Program-made: the position numbers and the translations under genes
NCBI GenBank assembly: GCA_018658265.1
Contig: JABHVN010000002.1
Span: 1-62,737, forward strand
Length of the DNA: 62,737 nucleotides
Direction of reading: 5' to 3'
Source: Candidatus Woesearchaeota archaeon
GTDB lineage: Archaea; Nanobdellota; Nanobdellia; SCGC-AAA011-G17; UBA489
Notes under the pieces: generated by a model
What the model was told of the DNA's origin: nothing
The model's input: only the letters and a program-made list of their open reading frames with translations
The model's database searches: none
In this document: positions 9,836 to 18,974 of the stretch, piece after piece
How positions within the stretch are numbered: position 1 is the first letter of the stretch
Layout of the letters: the number at the start of each line of letters is the position of its first letter

Positions 9836-11041
9836 CTAATCTCTCCTTTTAAACCAATGCATCCAAACCAGATTAATCATAATTAAAATAATCAATATGC
9901 TTAATAATATCCAAGAAAGATTGCTAGTAAATTTATCCTCATAACCTTGTTTTACTCCTTCAACAACAAATTTATTTTCGTAAAACGTCGTTTCTATATT
10001 TTGTTCGATATCTTTGTTTCCATAATGCACTCTTAATTTAGTGATATATTCTCCTTCCTCTAAGTCTCCAACATCAATATGTCCTGTAAATTTTCCTTCT
10101 TTTCGTTTGGAAATGCTTTCCTTAGATGTGACAAATGAGCTTATTAATAAATTATTCAGATCATAAACACTTATTTCTGCATAAACATTATTTAATTCTT
10201 CATTCCAAATATTTTTAACAGTCACTTCGAATTTCACAGCATCTCCCAAAACTTCTCCCACAATTAAGTCATTAATACTCATTTTTCTTCCTTCAACAAT
10301 AAACTTATCTTCAAATTCATTAATTTTAGAATCGTATTCTAGAATAACATTAACAAAATACTCTCCAGGATTAACTTCAGTTGACCAAACTAATCTAATC
10401 TCTTTTCTTTCTCCAGTAACTATAGAAATAGATTTACTTTTTAGTTCATCAATAGTATTTTGTCCATCATGAATATTCAAAGCAACGCTAACTTTTGAAA
10501 GATTTTCTACACCCAAATTCTCAACAGGAATTACAAAAATAGTATTTGATCCTACGTCCCCCTCATAAATGTAAAAATCAGAAGAAATATATTTGGTATC
10601 ATGAGGTACTTTGACCCTCAGTAAACTAATCAAACCAACACTGGTACCTATTAAATTCTCTTTTAGATCTACAATTTCCCTAGCAGTAAAATAGATATCA
10701 TTATTTCCCTGAGAGATATCATTTTTTGAAAGAGTTTTTGGAATATTCAATGAATATTTGACAATAGTTTCTTTATTGGCCTCCAACGACAGAATATTTC
10801 CTTTTTCTAAAACTACATATTTAGACAATTCTCCTTCTACACCTATTGAAACCTTAGTAAACCTGTCTAAAGTATTAACTACTTTAAATTCCGATTCAAA
10901 ATTTAAGCCATCTTCAAAATCAACAATTTTTTTGGCAGGAGAAATGCCTAAAGCACTAACCAATGAAACAGTTAAAACTAACAAAGTAAAAACACTTAAC
11001 AAATTAAAAATAAATTTCTTACCCTCCATTGATTTCACCAT
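9836..11041 (-). CDS. Secreted multi-domain beta-rich protein with C-terminal TM anchor (paralog of 7685..8896)
   Basis: Signal peptide ending SALGISPA, CARDB-like VENLGVENLSKVSVALNI, C-terminal helix WILLSILIILIMINLVWMHW followed by FKRRD. The start overlaps the end of the giant ORF by 23 nt (alternative ATG at 11029). Confidence 0.7.
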   Translation of the reverse strand: MVKSMEGKKFIFNLLSVFTLLVLTVSLVSALGISPAKKIVDFEDGLNFESEFKVVNTLDRFTKVSIGVEGELSKYVVLEKGNILSLEANKETIVKYSLNIPKTLSKNDISQGNNDIYFTAREIVDLKENLIGTSVGLISLLRVKVPHDTKYISSDFYIYEGDVGSNTIFVIPVENLGVENLSKVSVALNIHDGQNTIDELKSKSISIVTGERKEIRLVWSTEVNPGEYFVNVILEYDSKINEFEDKFIVEGRKMSINDLIVGEVLGDAVKFEVTVKNIWNEELNNVYAEISVYDLNNLLISSFVTSKESISKRKEGKFTGHIDVGDLEEGEYITKLRVHYGNKDIEQNIETTFYENKFVVEGVKQGYEDKFTSNLSWILLSILIILIMINLVWMHWFKRRD

Positions 11042-14000
11042 ACCATGTTGTTAATTCCAAAATCATGCCCTTTGCGCCAGCCAATTCACCTACAGGGACA
11101 GATATATTAAAATCAATTCTAGCTTCATCAGAAGAATCATCTTTGCTTAAATTATTAATAAACTTTTCAGTAACTCCTGAGGCAGGCATAATTCTGTAAG
11201 TAATATTTGAATCTGCAGAATCAAAAGAAGATCCTTCTGTACCATCTCCAACTTTCACACTAAAATAATCTATACTATGAGGTAAACTTTGTGTATCCCA
11301 AAATGCAACAGTTGGCCCAGTAATATTAACATCCGCTAGAACATTTCCAGAGTTTTCAATCCAAATCGGACAAGGTGTAGGAGTTTGTGTTGATAAATCG
11401 CATCCAGAAGTTTCCGATCTAACCCCAACACCCAAACTACCAAAATCAACAACTTGATCTAAAATGTCTAATGCAATATAAGTAGACAAATTATAATTAA
11501 ATACTGTAGGTAAATCTTCTTCTTGTACATATGGATCTTCAGATTTTACTGTCCACCTATAAAAATTATTATCGTCATAAAATCTAGTTAATTCTGTAGG
11601 TAATGTAAAAGTACAATTATCTTCATTATCAAGATAACCATTAGCATTAGCATCACAATTCGTTGAATTTTCAACAACTAAATATTCTCTTTCGTCATCA
11701 CAAGTTCCACCTGCCACAACAAAACAACTAATGTTCAATGTATGGTTAACCTGATCTTGATCTGGATCAGATGTTCTACCTTGACAAAAGAAATTTCCTT
11801 CTGAAACGCAAGAAGTATTACTTACACTTGGCAACCTATCGAAAATATCAGAGGGAGTCCAATTAAACGTAGGTGTTCTGTTTGTGTAAGTTATTGTTTC
11901 ATCAGGGCCATTTAGTACTGCCGTGCCAGGTTCATAATTTTCAATAAAGATATATGATGAATTTTCTTGATCTGAAACACTGGACCTGGTATCGGTTGTA
12001 GTAATATTACAACTATAATTTTCAAAATGATTATATGTAAATGCCGAAAGATTATCCGTATATGGATATCCTGAAGTTAAACCTGTAGGAGTTTTAGTAG
12101 CGAACAAATCAGTACCATTGTAATACTTAATCGTTACATCTAATGTTGAATCCCAATCATCTAATGGTGTAAATGTACAATTAATACCTGTGGTTCTATT
12201 AACTCCTGTAGGGCCTATTGAGAGGGAATTAATTTCGGGTTTCCTATCTATTGTAAACATCCAAGAATCACTTTCATTTGAAAGTTTAGGTACATATTCT
12301 TCAGTATCGTAATCATCAACTTCAACAAACCAAGAATGATCTCCAGAAGGTAATCTATACATATCTAAAACTTCCGAAGCATTTAAACTTTTATTTAAAA
12401 TTGCAAATTCATCTATAGATCCATTAAATTCATAATCAATTAAACCTACGGCTGTTCTACCTACACCTATTAAAACAGCTGCATTATTGTTAGGCATTGA
12501 AGGAACTGTAAATGTACTATTAAAAACGCCATCTATGTAGATTGTTACTTGATCACTCTCATTAAAACTAACAACAATATGAGTCCATTCGTCTTTTTGA
12601 AAGACCCCATCAATAATGGGTGTACTCCCCTCTATTTTCAACCCAAAATCATCACCAACCTGTCTAATTGCAAAACCTGAAGAAACAGCAGCCCTTTTAT
12701 CAAATATTCCTCTTGTGTCACTTAAAATTCTTGGTTTGGCCCAGAAAGAATAAGAAATATTATTTTCACTTACCCAATTATCTTGATCCCCAAAGTTTAC
12801 AAGGTTATCTATAGATGTAGCCGTACTAAAAAATGTCCCCCCAAGTCTTCCCCCAGTTTTATTAATTCTTGCAGCACCCCCCATAGTTCCATTTTGAACA
12901 CCGTCAGAATCAGCAAAATCAAAAACATGTGTACTATTTTCCCCATATTTAGTATTATTATCAAAATGTGCCAACAATAAATAATTACTATCTGGAACTA
13001 AAACTGGAGCTGTCCAATTATAGGTAAGATATGTATTGTTTTGCCAACTAATGTTTTGATACAGCATATCTGAATATGAAACGTCAGATTTAGTTTGTCC
13101 ACTTGACCCATAAATCTTAACAAACATTAATGGATCTTCTGCATCTAACACAGTTGAATTCAATAAAATTTCTCCTACATCTGTGTAATTAGTAGTATTA
13201 ATTGGTGCAATTACAGTTGCATTGGGATGAGTATTCGTCACAACAGCACCTATGTCAAATTGAAATAAATCCGAATTATTAACTAACTGACTATCATCAC
13301 CAGAAGCATTCCAATAATAAGTTGTATCTGTTAATTTTAATGTTTGATTTATTTCTTCACTAGTTAAAGTTCTGTTTATTACAATAAAATCATCAATACC
13401 CCCATTCCAAGGAAGGGGATTACCACCATTATTAGAATTACTAGCTCCAATCCTAAAATTAAGAATTGCTGCAGTGTAAATTGCATGAGTATTTGTAAAT
13501 GTGTTATTCAATACACCATTCCTATATACTGCATATGACCCATTTTGAAATCTTGTAATGGCCATATGAACCCACTCGCCATTATTAAGAAAAAAACCTG
13601 GAGTAAGAGAAGTTGTATCACTTGCACCATTTCCTTGAATAACTGCCATATTTTTGCCATTTTGTCCAACAAAAAAACCAACATATTGTCCAGGAGCACC
13701 AGCAGGATCAAACACTCCCTGGGCAGCAAACATTCTTGATTGAGTTATATCGTCCGACCTAAGCCAACCCATAATAGTTAAATTCCACCTATGTTGAATT
13801 TCGGTATATCCAGGGGCAACTGTAACCCAGTCTCCTGTACCATCAAACTCAAAGTTTCCACCAAAAATATCATTACTATAATCTACTGCTGCATCGCCCC
13901 CCGGAGTACCATTTTTAACATCTGCCCAATCATAAACCTTTGTTGAAGATTCACCTTTAGATAAAATTTGATCAAAATGGAATCCAAATAATGTATCACT

Positions 14001-17000
14001 TACAATATCGAAAGGACGTTTACTAAAATTATAGCTTACTTTCGTACCATTGGTTACATTCGCCTTGTAAACTAAATCATCCAATTCAGGATTGCTATCA
14101 TTAGAAGCATAAATCTTCAAAGTAACATTATCCACAGGCAACAGGTCGTCAACAACTGTTACATTAAGCTCAACACCTGCAGTACCAGAATCATGATTAG
14201 TTGTATTTGCAGGAGCAGTAATTGTCACATTAGGTATTTCATTTGGATCTATAATGTGATCAAACTCTAAAAACGCAGTATTTAATCCATCATCATTAAT
14301 AACTTTCAAATCAAATGTATCATTCTCTCCAGACATAGCCGTCAAATAGGCCTTATAATACCCTTCAGAACTAATGTTATCAAATGTAGTAATTAAATTT
14401 GAAGTATTCTCTTCGTAAACCTTCACATGAGTATTCGCACTTTGATTATTCCTTACATAAATTTTAATGTGGTGTGCAGGAGTTAAATTTTGTTCAAAAG
14501 TTACCCTAACAATCTCAGTATTATTAATCATTTCAGTCCAATTACCATCCAAAGCATTAGTTTGATTATACACATCTGAAATAAAAGAATAATTTTCATC
14601 CAAATGTTGTGCAGCAGTTATATTTATTTCACCAAAACCTGGGTCATTAGGCGTGATAGTTATATTGTAATCTTGACCCGGAATCATCCCTTCTTTTAAT
14701 AACGTCCATGACCCTCCGCAAGATTGATCAGTATAATTCCAATCCGCACATTTATACAAAGTATTGGAAGTTGCAGTAACGGTTACCGTTGCATTTACAA
14801 AATTTTGTAGTTTGGGATTAATTGCAAATGTTTTTTGAAATTTATCTATTGGAACTGCTTTATCCAAATCAATAATTTGATTTACCCCATTAGACATGTT
14901 ATAATCTTCAAAAAGGATTTGTTTGATAGTTCCATCAATGGGTTTAAGAATAATATCATAAATTCCAGAAGATAAGCTCAAGTTGTGAATAGTTCCGTTT
15001 TGAGAATATACATTTCCTCCCCCATCACTATTAATTTCTAACGACACATTAACTGGAACACCATTTCCATCAACAACAGTTTCATTAACTGTCACATTAG
15101 AAGATTCTCCGCCACCAGAATAAGCTGGCCATTCAATTGTTTGAAAAGTATAATCTTGTATCTGTCCACTGTCAGATTGCCATAAATTTGCAGTAGAAGT
15201 ATCGGTTAGTTGAACTGCAACATATCCCCTTGGCCATGCCGTTCCAGTTCCACCGGACTGTGAACTAACACCTGCAATAGAAGTTTCTCCTAATCCGTAA
15301 GTTAAACCTGTAAGTGTTACTTGCCAATTATCTTCTTCCTCACCACCAGTTGGACGCGCAGTAGGATTATAATGAGTGACTTTCATAGGATAGTTTTCGG
15401 TTTGAGTATTAGAAATAACCCATGTTACCGCATTCATATTTGATCCCCAATTCGTAGTGCCCCTAGGCAAACTATAAGTAACTGTATTTGTTGCAGTCAA
15501 TTCAACTTCTGCACCACCTTGGATCAAACCATCATAATTATTTCCTGCTTCATTTCTCTGTTGAGTATGGAAAAATGCACGACTAATGGCACCAACATCA
15601 GTGATAGTATCATATTGGATTGCAGATGCATTAAAGGCATGCGCTACTCTTTGAACATTCCAATTTGAACCCTTATATTCTACAATTGCATAACTAATAT
15701 CGCAATTATCGCTTGCAGCTTCTCCCCTTGTAAATCTGGGTAAATCTGAAACGGCAACCCATGCAGAAGTTACCATACAAGATTGATGATCGTTTCTCCC
15801 TACATCAGAATTACTGGCGCCTGTCAAAAATACAACAACATCTGCATCATCAGTGGGAGCAATAATTGCTCCATCACAAGTTAAACTAGATGTTCCAAAA
15901 GAACAAGTTCCAGTATCAATAACATCCATTTCATTAGGATCTCCAATTGTTCCACTATACTCCCAGATTTCCCAAGAAATTCTATTGTTTGTTGCAGACC
16001 CACGTCTTGTAAATGTAATTGTCCCACTTCCAGCTGTAAGTCCTGTATCATCAGAAATGTAAGTAGTATAATCATCCACATTTTGGTTTCCTCCACCAGA
16101 TGTGCTTCCAACAGCATTGTTTCTTGAAGAAACCTGTTTAATAAAACAACTTCCAGTACATTGATTAAAGTCTACACCCTCTGTCAATATTCCAGTTAGG
16201 GATGCAGAACCCATGATCAATGAACCCCTTTGAATAGTAAAGTCGCTTGTACCACTAGGATCTACAATATAATCAAATTTTACTTTACCGTCAATTATTT
16301 TCAAATCAAATGTATCTTGTACACCTGCAAGTCCAGATAAATAAACTTTGTTAAATTCATCATTTCTAATAGCAACAAACTCAGCTATAATTTCTTTCCC
16401 ATCGACAGTATAAATTTCAATTTTTGGAGACCCTTCAATAATTTGAGGATAAATTGTTATATCGTTATCAGATCTTAAGTTTTTTTCAAAAGTTACTCTT
16501 ACATATTCACCATCATTTATTGTCTCACTCCAAATTCCATCTAATTTACTTACATTACTGTAAATATCTGACATAAATGTCCTATTTACATCTAAATGCA
16601 ATGCATTAGTAATTACAATTATTTCATAAGTTTCATTATTTTCTAAAAGTGGTACAACCCATTCAACATAGTCAACAAGACCATCTTGATTATTATCTTT
16701 TAATGAAAAGTTGTGTTTTTGTTTAATTTCTTTCCCAGTAAATGTGTCTAAAATTATTCTATAAAGATTAACTTTATCAGCCTCGCTTTCAGGAATGTTA
16801 ACAAAAGATAATACATTTTCATAAGTTAAATCTGATTTTAATACTACCCTCACACCTTCGGAGATATTTTCTACCTCTAATGTGGGACCAGGCGTTTCAT
16901 ATTCAATCTCAACAGTTTCAACTAGATCATCAACTTTAACTATATCTACCTCTGCACTAAGATTTGAATCATTCACAATTGTTTCTTGTAAAGGTAGGGT

Positions 17001-18899
17001 CTCTATCAAAGGAACTTCAGAAACGACCATCCCTGTTATTGAATTTCCGGTTATTGAATTCAAAATTCCTTTTGTAAATCCTTCTGAAGAATCTCCAGTT
17101 AAATTAATAATCGTCCCATTACCTTCATCCAAACTAGCAGAAACAATAGGGGCAGTTTTTCCATTAACTATTTTATTCAAAGTTATATTCTCAGCTACAT
17201 CAGGAAGTTCAAACTCAACCTTCTCTTTAGCAGCATCAAGCATTATTTTTTTCTTCCATTTTACAGGTTGACCTATAATCGCACCGTACTGTATTGTTTC
17301 TTCAGTAACATTTCCAACAGTAGAAACTATGGTAGTTGTTTTGGTAACATTTATCAAAGTTTCAACAATAATCTCTGGTTGAATATGTTCAACTCCAAGG
17401 ATAATTTTTCCTTGTCCATCATTAAAAGATAAAGAATAGTTAACTCCTTCTAAAGATTCATACTCACTTTTAATCAAACTTAAATCCAAAACTGAATCTT
17501 TAATATAAAATTTCAAAATAAAATTATTACTTAATACATTCTTTAATTTACAAGTATCTTCGCATCCAGAATCAAATGAATTTATAGTATAATCGCTAAC
17601 ATTCATAATATCTAATAGGTTAACCAAAAAATCTTCTTTCCCTACTTCAATTTCTTCTTCAGATTCAATTTCTAGATCTTCTTCAATATCTTCTAATTCA
17701 AATACTCCTTCTGCAAATGCCATAACCTCTCTAGCTAAATCTGCAGTATAATTTTCAGAATTGTTAATATCGAACAAATATATCCAATCAGTTAAACAAA
17801 TACCAAATTCAAAATCCCAGTAACTACAACCATACAAAAAGTCTCCTTCAGATTGTGCACTAAAAGAAGTATTAGTTTCATTAAAGGCAGTAAGGTTCAA
17901 TCCACTAAAATCAAACCCAAATACTCTTTCAAAAGATATGTTATTTGGTTCAATTAATCCCTTAGAAGAATACTCTTCATATGCAAACCACCCTTCTTTT
18001 TCAGGATATTCTATTTCAATAAAATCATCAAGTTCAACAACAGCAGTACCATTGCTCCCATTCAAAGATTCATACTTAACTTTTTTACCTCGTGAATCAA
18101 TTACATTAAAACCAGTTAATAATGATGCAATTTCCTTGTAATTCTTAATATTTTCAACAGGGTCTTCAAGAACAGCATTACCAGTTATACCTATTGAATC
18201 AAAAAAACTTTCATCATTAGATTCACTATCATAAACTAAATATGTATCTCCTGAATCAACATCAGATAAAAATATTTTAGCTACACCTTCTTCGAAAGAA
18301 GCAGTTCTTCCAGATAGCTTCAAACTCTTTAGTTTTTCAATTCCATTAAAATTTAAACTATACTCAGAACTTTCACTAACTAATAATGAGATCTTATGTT
18401 CTCCTTCTTCAACAGGCTTTGCTTCAGAAAAAATAAAATCTCCAGTTATTTTATTTCCTTCAGAAACTACATTACCAGTTATAGGGATTCCATCTTCGAA
18501 GCCTTCTCTAGCAATATCTGAAAATGTTTTAAATTCAATAGCAAAACCACCACTAATATCGTTACTGTTATCAACATTAAGGATACCTCCAAAATGCATA
18601 AATCCTACTAACATAGTTATCAAAACAAAAGACAAGAATATTCTATCTTTCATATGTACATCATGATCTTTAATTAAGATAAGATGTGTTCGAGGATTTA
18701 ATGTTTTTTTCAGGGTTGCACTACTTCTTTTATGGACCGATTTAGAACTTTCTTTCTTTAATACTTTTAATTTCTGTCCGGCTTTCTTTAAATCACTACC
18801 AAGATAAACAGATTTAACTTTTCCATTTTTCAGTCTAATACTATCGTAATAGTATGGACCTAATTTTTTACCCCTTTTTGTAATATACTTCTTATACAA
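11019..18899 (-). CDS. Giant (2,626 aa) membrane-anchored surface protein: two Ig-like+LamG units, a duplicated ~120-aa module, a Cys-rich region and a C-terminal beta-sandwich module shared with two small neighbours
   Basis: Uninterrupted 7.9-kb ORF. TTG start at 18899 preceded by AGAGGGA. Residues 1-82 are Lys/Arg-rich with GPYYYDS..NGKVKSVYLG. The first ATG (18653) opens the hydrophobic helix MKDRIFLSFVLITMLVGFMHFGG. LamG-type (Laminin_G_3-like) C-terminal signatures are GGIDDFIVINRTLTSEEINQ (~13345..13405) and GSIDEFAILNKSLNASEVLDMY (~12355..12420). Dozens of N-x-S/T sequons. Confidence 0.85.
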   Translation of the reverse strand: MYKKYITKRGKKLGPYYYDSIRLKNGKVKSVYLGSDLKKAGQKLKVLKKESSKSVHKRSSATLKKTLNPRTHLILIKDHDVHMKDRIFLSFVLITMLVGFMHFGGILNVDNSNDISGGFAIEFKTFSDIAREGFEDGIPITGNVVSEGNKITGDFIFSEAKPVEEGEHKISLLVSESSEYSLNFNGIEKLKSLKLSGRTASFEEGVAKIFLSDVDSGDTYLVYDSESNDESFFDSIGITGNAVLEDPVENIKNYKEIASLLTGFNVIDSRGKKVKYESLNGSNGTAVVELDDFIEIEYPEKEGWFAYEEYSSKGLIEPNNISFERVFGFDFSGLNLTAFNETNTSFSAQSEGDFLYGCSYWDFEFGICLTDWIYLFDINNSENYTADLAREVMAFAEGVFELEDIEEDLEIESEEEIEVGKEDFLVNLLDIMNVSDYTINSFDSGCEDTCKLKNVLSNNFILKFYIKDSVLDLSLIKSEYESLEGVNYSLSFNDGQGKIILGVEHIQPEIIVETLINVTKTTTIVSTVGNVTEETIQYGAIIGQPVKWKKKIMLDAAKEKVEFELPDVAENITLNKIVNGKTAPIVSASLDEGNGTIINLTGDSSEGFTKGILNSITGNSITGMVVSEVPLIETLPLQETIVNDSNLSAEVDIVKVDDLVETVEIEYETPGPTLEVENISEGVRVVLKSDLTYENVLSFVNIPESEADKVNLYRIILDTFTGKEIKQKHNFSLKDNNQDGLVDYVEWVVPLLENNETYEIIVITNALHLDVNRTFMSDIYSNVSKLDGIWSETINDGEYVRVTFEKNLRSDNDITIYPQIIEGSPKIEIYTVDGKEIIAEFVAIRNDEFNKVYLSGLAGVQDTFDLKIIDGKVKFDYIVDPSGTSDFTIQRGSLIMGSASLTGILTEGVDFNQCTGSCFIKQVSSRNNAVGSTSGGGNQNVDDYTTYISDDTGLTAGSGTITFTRRGSATNNRISWEIWEYSGTIGDPNEMDVIDTGTCSFGTSSLTCDGAIIAPTDDADVVVFLTGASNSDVGRNDHQSCMVTSAWVAVSDLPRFTRGEAASDNCDISYAIVEYKGSNWNVQRVAHAFNASAIQYDTITDVGAISRAFFHTQQRNEAGNNYDGLIQGGAEVELTATNTVTYSLPRGTTNWGSNMNAVTWVISNTQTENYPMKVTHYNPTARPTGGEEEDNWQVTLTGLTYGLGETSIAGVSSQSGGTGTAWPRGYVAVQLTDTSTANLWQSDSGQIQDYTFQTIEWPAYSGGGESSNVTVNETVVDGNGVPVNVSLEINSDGGGNVYSQNGTIHNLSLSSGIYDIILKPIDGTIKQILFEDYNMSNGVNQIIDLDKAVPIDKFQKTFAINPKLQNFVNATVTVTATSNTLYKCADWNYTDQSCGGSWTLLKEGMIPGQDYNITITPNDPGFGEINITAAQHLDENYSFISDVYNQTNALDGNWTEMINNTEIVRVTFEQNLTPAHHIKIYVRNNQSANTHVKVYEENTSNLITTFDNISSEGYYKAYLTAMSGENDTFDLKVINDDGLNTAFLEFDHIIDPNEIPNVTITAPANTTNHDSGTAGVELNVTVVDDLLPVDNVTLKIYASNDSNPELDDLVYKANVTNGTKVSYNFSKRPFDIVSDTLFGFHFDQILSKGESSTKVYDWADVKNGTPGGDAAVDYSNDIFGGNFEFDGTGDWVTVAPGYTEIQHRWNLTIMGWLRSDDITQSRMFAAQGVFDPAGAPGQYVGFFVGQNGKNMAVIQGNGASDTTSLTPGFFLNNGEWVHMAITRFQNGSYAVYRNGVLNNTFTNTHAIYTAAILNFRIGASNSNNGGNPLPWNGGIDDFIVINRTLTSEEINQTLKLTDTTYYWNASGDDSQLVNNSDLFQFDIGAVVTNTHPNATVIAPINTTNYTDVGEILLNSTVLDAEDPLMFVKIYGSSGQTKSDVSYSDMLYQNISWQNNTYLTYNWTAPVLVPDSNYLLLAHFDNNTKYGENSTHVFDFADSDGVQNGTMGGAARINKTGGRLGGTFFSTATSIDNLVNFGDQDNWVSENNISYSFWAKPRILSDTRGIFDKRAAVSSGFAIRQVGDDFGLKIEGSTPIIDGVFQKDEWTHIVVSFNESDQVTIYIDGVFNSTFTVPSMPNNNAAVLIGVGRTAVGLIDYEFNGSIDEFAILNKSLNASEVLDMYRLPSGDHSWFVEVDDYDTEEYVPKLSNESDSWMFTIDRKPEINSLSIGPTGVNRTTGINCTFTPLDDWDSTLDVTIKYYNGTDLFATKTPTGLTSGYPYTDNLSAFTYNHFENYSCNITTTDTRSSVSDQENSSYIFIENYEPGTAVLNGPDETITYTNRTPTFNWTPSDIFDRLPSVSNTSCVSEGNFFCQGRTSDPDQDQVNHTLNISCFVVAGGTCDDEREYLVVENSTNCDANANGYLDNEDNCTFTLPTELTRFYDDNNFYRWTVKSEDPYVQEEDLPTVFNYNLSTYIALDILDQVVDFGSLGVGVRSETSGCDLSTQTPTPCPIWIENSGNVLADVNITGPTVAFWDTQSLPHSIDYFSVKVGDGTEGSSFDSADSNITYRIMPASGVTEKFINNLSKDDSSDEARIDFNISVPVGELAGAKGMILELTTWYGEINGG

Positions 18900-18974
18900 A
18901 CGTATCCCTCTTCTTAAAAGTAATAAAAAAAGGTTGCACTACGGCATTATAAACATTATGGTTAAAAAAATAAA

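Noticed and set aside
12783-18141. Seven short ORFs on either strand within the giant gene (12783..12980, 13508..13729, 13545..13739, 15853..16062, 15881..16117, 16882..17271, 17938..18141)
   Set aside because: All are embedded in one uninterrupted 7.9-kb reading frame with recognisable domains; they are alternative-frame or antisense noise.
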